NCBI GenBank assembly: GCA_043228905.1
Contig: JBHGNT010000002.1
Coordinates: 9,176,001 to 9,240,000, forward strand
Reading direction: 5' to 3'
Source: Azolla caroliniana
Lineage: Eukaryota; Plantae; Polypodiophyta
DNA length: 64,000 nt
A program made the position numbers and the translations under genes. Under the pieces are notes generated by a model, which saw only the letters and a program-made list of their open reading frames with translations, made no database searches and was not told the DNA's origin. Shown here in pieces: positions 61,584-64,000 of this stretch (position 1 is the stretch's first letter; every line of letters starts with the position of its first letter).

Positions 61584-62738
61584 ATGGCTACTGTTAGTGC
61601 CCAAGAATATCAATCCGTTTTCTCTGAGTTACAGTGCCTAAAAGAAAAGTTTGTTGCCCTGGAACAAGAAAACCAACGGTTGATAGGGGATCTGCAACAA
61701 ATCGTTCTCAAAAAACAACAAACGCAACAACAACATGGGGAGTTAGCATTACGAGTACAACAACTCGAAGCAGCGTTGCAACAAGGATCAAGTCCCCAAG
61801 GATTTCATAAAGAGCCCAAGATTGGACTTCCTGTGAAATTTGATGGAACGCGATCGCAATTCCGGGGATTCCTTAATCAAGTACGCTTAGTCATCCAGAT
61901 GCATCCTTCCCGATATCCCACTGATGCATCTCGAGTCGGCCTAATAGGCACGTTACTTAGCGGCTCAACCTTGGCATGGTTCGCTCCGCTTCTAGAAAAA
62001 CAATCGCCCTTGCTTAATAACTTTGAAGATTTTATTGGTGAGTTTAAAGCCTGCTTTGGAGATACCGATAGCATCAGGACGGCGATCAACAAGTTCCGAA
62101 GATTGCGTCAAGGCGATCGTCCAGCCTCTGCCTACGCCGCGGATTTCCGTCTACTCGCCTCAGATATCCCCTGGGATGATCAGGCCCTCATGGAGCAGTT
62201 TCGCTACGGCTTGCGCAATGATGTCAAAGATTTGCTTTTAACCTTCCCCGAAGAACCAAAGTCTCTTACGGAGGCAATCAGTCGAGCGGTCCAATGCGAC
62301 AACCGCCTTTTCGAACGACGTTCGTAACGTCAGTTACAAATACCACACTCTCGGCCAGAACCCACATACGCCTTAGTCATGGCTAAACCGTTTGCACGCG
62401 ATGTACCTCAAGCCAATATTCCGACACCGATGGAGATCGACACCATGCGTCGACGCGGCTCGTTATCAGAAGAAGAAAAGCAACGACGACGTGCCAATCG
62501 ATTATGTCTTTATTGCGGTGGACCAGGGCATATCGCCATCAATTGTCCCCATAGGCCAAGAAGACATGTAAATCAAATCGTCGCCTGTACTAAACCCGAG
62601 TCAATTCTTCCCTTCGGAGTGTCTGATAGTATTAATAGTACTAATAGAGTGTCAGATAGTATTCATAGTACTAATAGCCCAAGTATCTCAAACAAATTTG
62701 AAATCCTTAGTCAATTAGATGAAGAGTTAAACGATTGA
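61584..62738 (+). pseudogene. Gypsy-C gag (one in-frame TAA at 62325)
   Basis: ORFs 61584-62327 and 62379-62738 are in the same frame. Confidence 0.88.
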
Positions 62739-64000
62739 GTCCAGCCAAAATAGGAGCCGTTTGGTTGGACAACAGCCCTAGATCTGTACAACCCATTAGT
62801 GGTTCCATTCCTTCCAAGCAAGTTAGCAATGTGTTCCTAGCCCAAGTCATTGTTAGTACTAAAAGTACTCCCCCAGTACCCGTCCTAGCACTCTTAGATT
62901 CTGGAGCTAATTCCTGTTTTATGGATCGAAATTTTGCCCAACCTTCTCAGATATCCCTAAGGAAACTTCCTTGTCCCGCATCTGTAGTGGTCATTGATGG
63001 TCGTCCCATTGCTTCCGGGAATATTGTAGAAGAATCAGAACCCATTCAAGTTGTCCTAGGTAGTTTTGTGTGTGTAATATCATTTAATATAATTAGTATT
63101 CCAGAGCATCCCATTGTCCTAGGATTACCTTAGTTTGAATCACATAATCCAGCCATAGATTGGAGAACAAGAGAAGTCCGATATCGACCACCCCAAGAAT
63201 CTACTCACCGAGTTTCGACCATTTCACTCCATCAATTACGCGAAGAAGGACACAAGGAGGCAATGTTCCTATTTGCAATATCAATACATCCTTCCAGCAC
63301 TATTAAGAAGGACTCCTCAGTACAACTTCCGGCAAAATATCATCCTTATGCCGATGTATTTGACAAGGTAAAAGCCGGTACCCTTCCTCATCACCGTCCC
63401 TATGACTGTCCCATCGATTTACAACCAGGAACCAAGCCACCATGGGGACCAATTTACAACTTGTCACCCACCGAGTTAGAAGTCCTTCGAGCCTACATAG
63501 AGGAGAACTTGGCAAGCGGGTTCATCCGTCATTCGAAATCTCCGGCCGGTGCACCCATCTTCTTTGTCAAGAAGAAAGATTCCTCACTTCGTCTTGTCGT
63601 TGATTACCGCGGATTGAATAAGGTCACCATCCGGAATAGGTATGCACTTCCTCTTATATCAAGCCTTTTAGAGCGAGTTAATGGTGCCAAGTTTTTTACT
63701 AAAATCGACCTACGAGGAGCGTATAACCTTGTGCGGATCCGACCGGGAGATGAATGGAAGACCGCCTTTCGCACGCGGTATGGGCATTTCGAGTATACTG
63801 TTATGCCGTTCGGCCTAACCAATGCACCCGCAGTCTTCCAACACATGGCAAATGATATATTCAGAGACCTCTTGGATATCTGTTTGATCATCTATCTGGA
63901 TGATCTATTGATTTATTCGAAGACCCAGGAAGAGCACGATTCTCATGTACTATTAGTACTAAAGCGACTCCGCGAGAATGGTCTTTATGCCAAGCTAGAA
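62735..64000 (+). pseudogene. Gypsy-C pol (PR-RT) in the -1 frame, with one TAG at 63131; truncated by the window end
   Basis: [14 protein letters not shown], where W is expected at the stop. The frame then stays open through YLDD. Confidence 0.88.

Larger units (their letters stand above)
61069..64000 (+). mobile_element. Gypsy-C: Tcn1/Tf1-like chromovirus, 5' part (5' LTR 61069-61511, gag, PR, RT), running off the window
   Basis: LTR TGTCATG...CCTGACA with a non-tRNA PBS. gag EPKIGLPVKFDG and [35 protein letters not shown]...KIDLRGAY...MPFGL...YLDD. Confidence 0.93.

Overview
Plant nuclear DNA. The retroelement families (Tcn1-type chromovirus, non-chromovirus Gypsy) and microsatellite-flanked genes suggest a non-seed plant such as a fern; this is inference. 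Two intact, convergent, intron-containing host genes sit at ~33-44 kb: a TM9SF/TMN nine-TM Golgi protein (+) and a NIPP1-like FHA/RVxF protein (-). On both sides lie nested LTR retrotransposons, many with readable LTRs, PBS, PPT and 5-bp TSDs. Left block: decayed Copia-2 contains a solo LTR and Copia-3, which in turn contains Gypsy-A and the very young Copia-4. Right block: decayed Copia-5 contains intact Copia-6, followed by a gag-protease-only Gypsy on the minus strand and a cluster of chromovirus LTRs. The most notable observation is that Gypsy-A (8144-17527) has no polypurine tract. A sense copy of a tRNA-like 3' end (an inverted second PBS) sits exactly at the PPT position, suggesting tRNA-primed plus-strand synthesis or RNA cyclisation. 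Other highlights: a capsid-domain swap between sister Copia elements, and a chromovirus with a self-priming PBS, an antisense tRNA-type A/B-box module and heat-shock elements in its LTR, plus a -1 frameshift signal. All coordinates were read by eye and no database searches were run.
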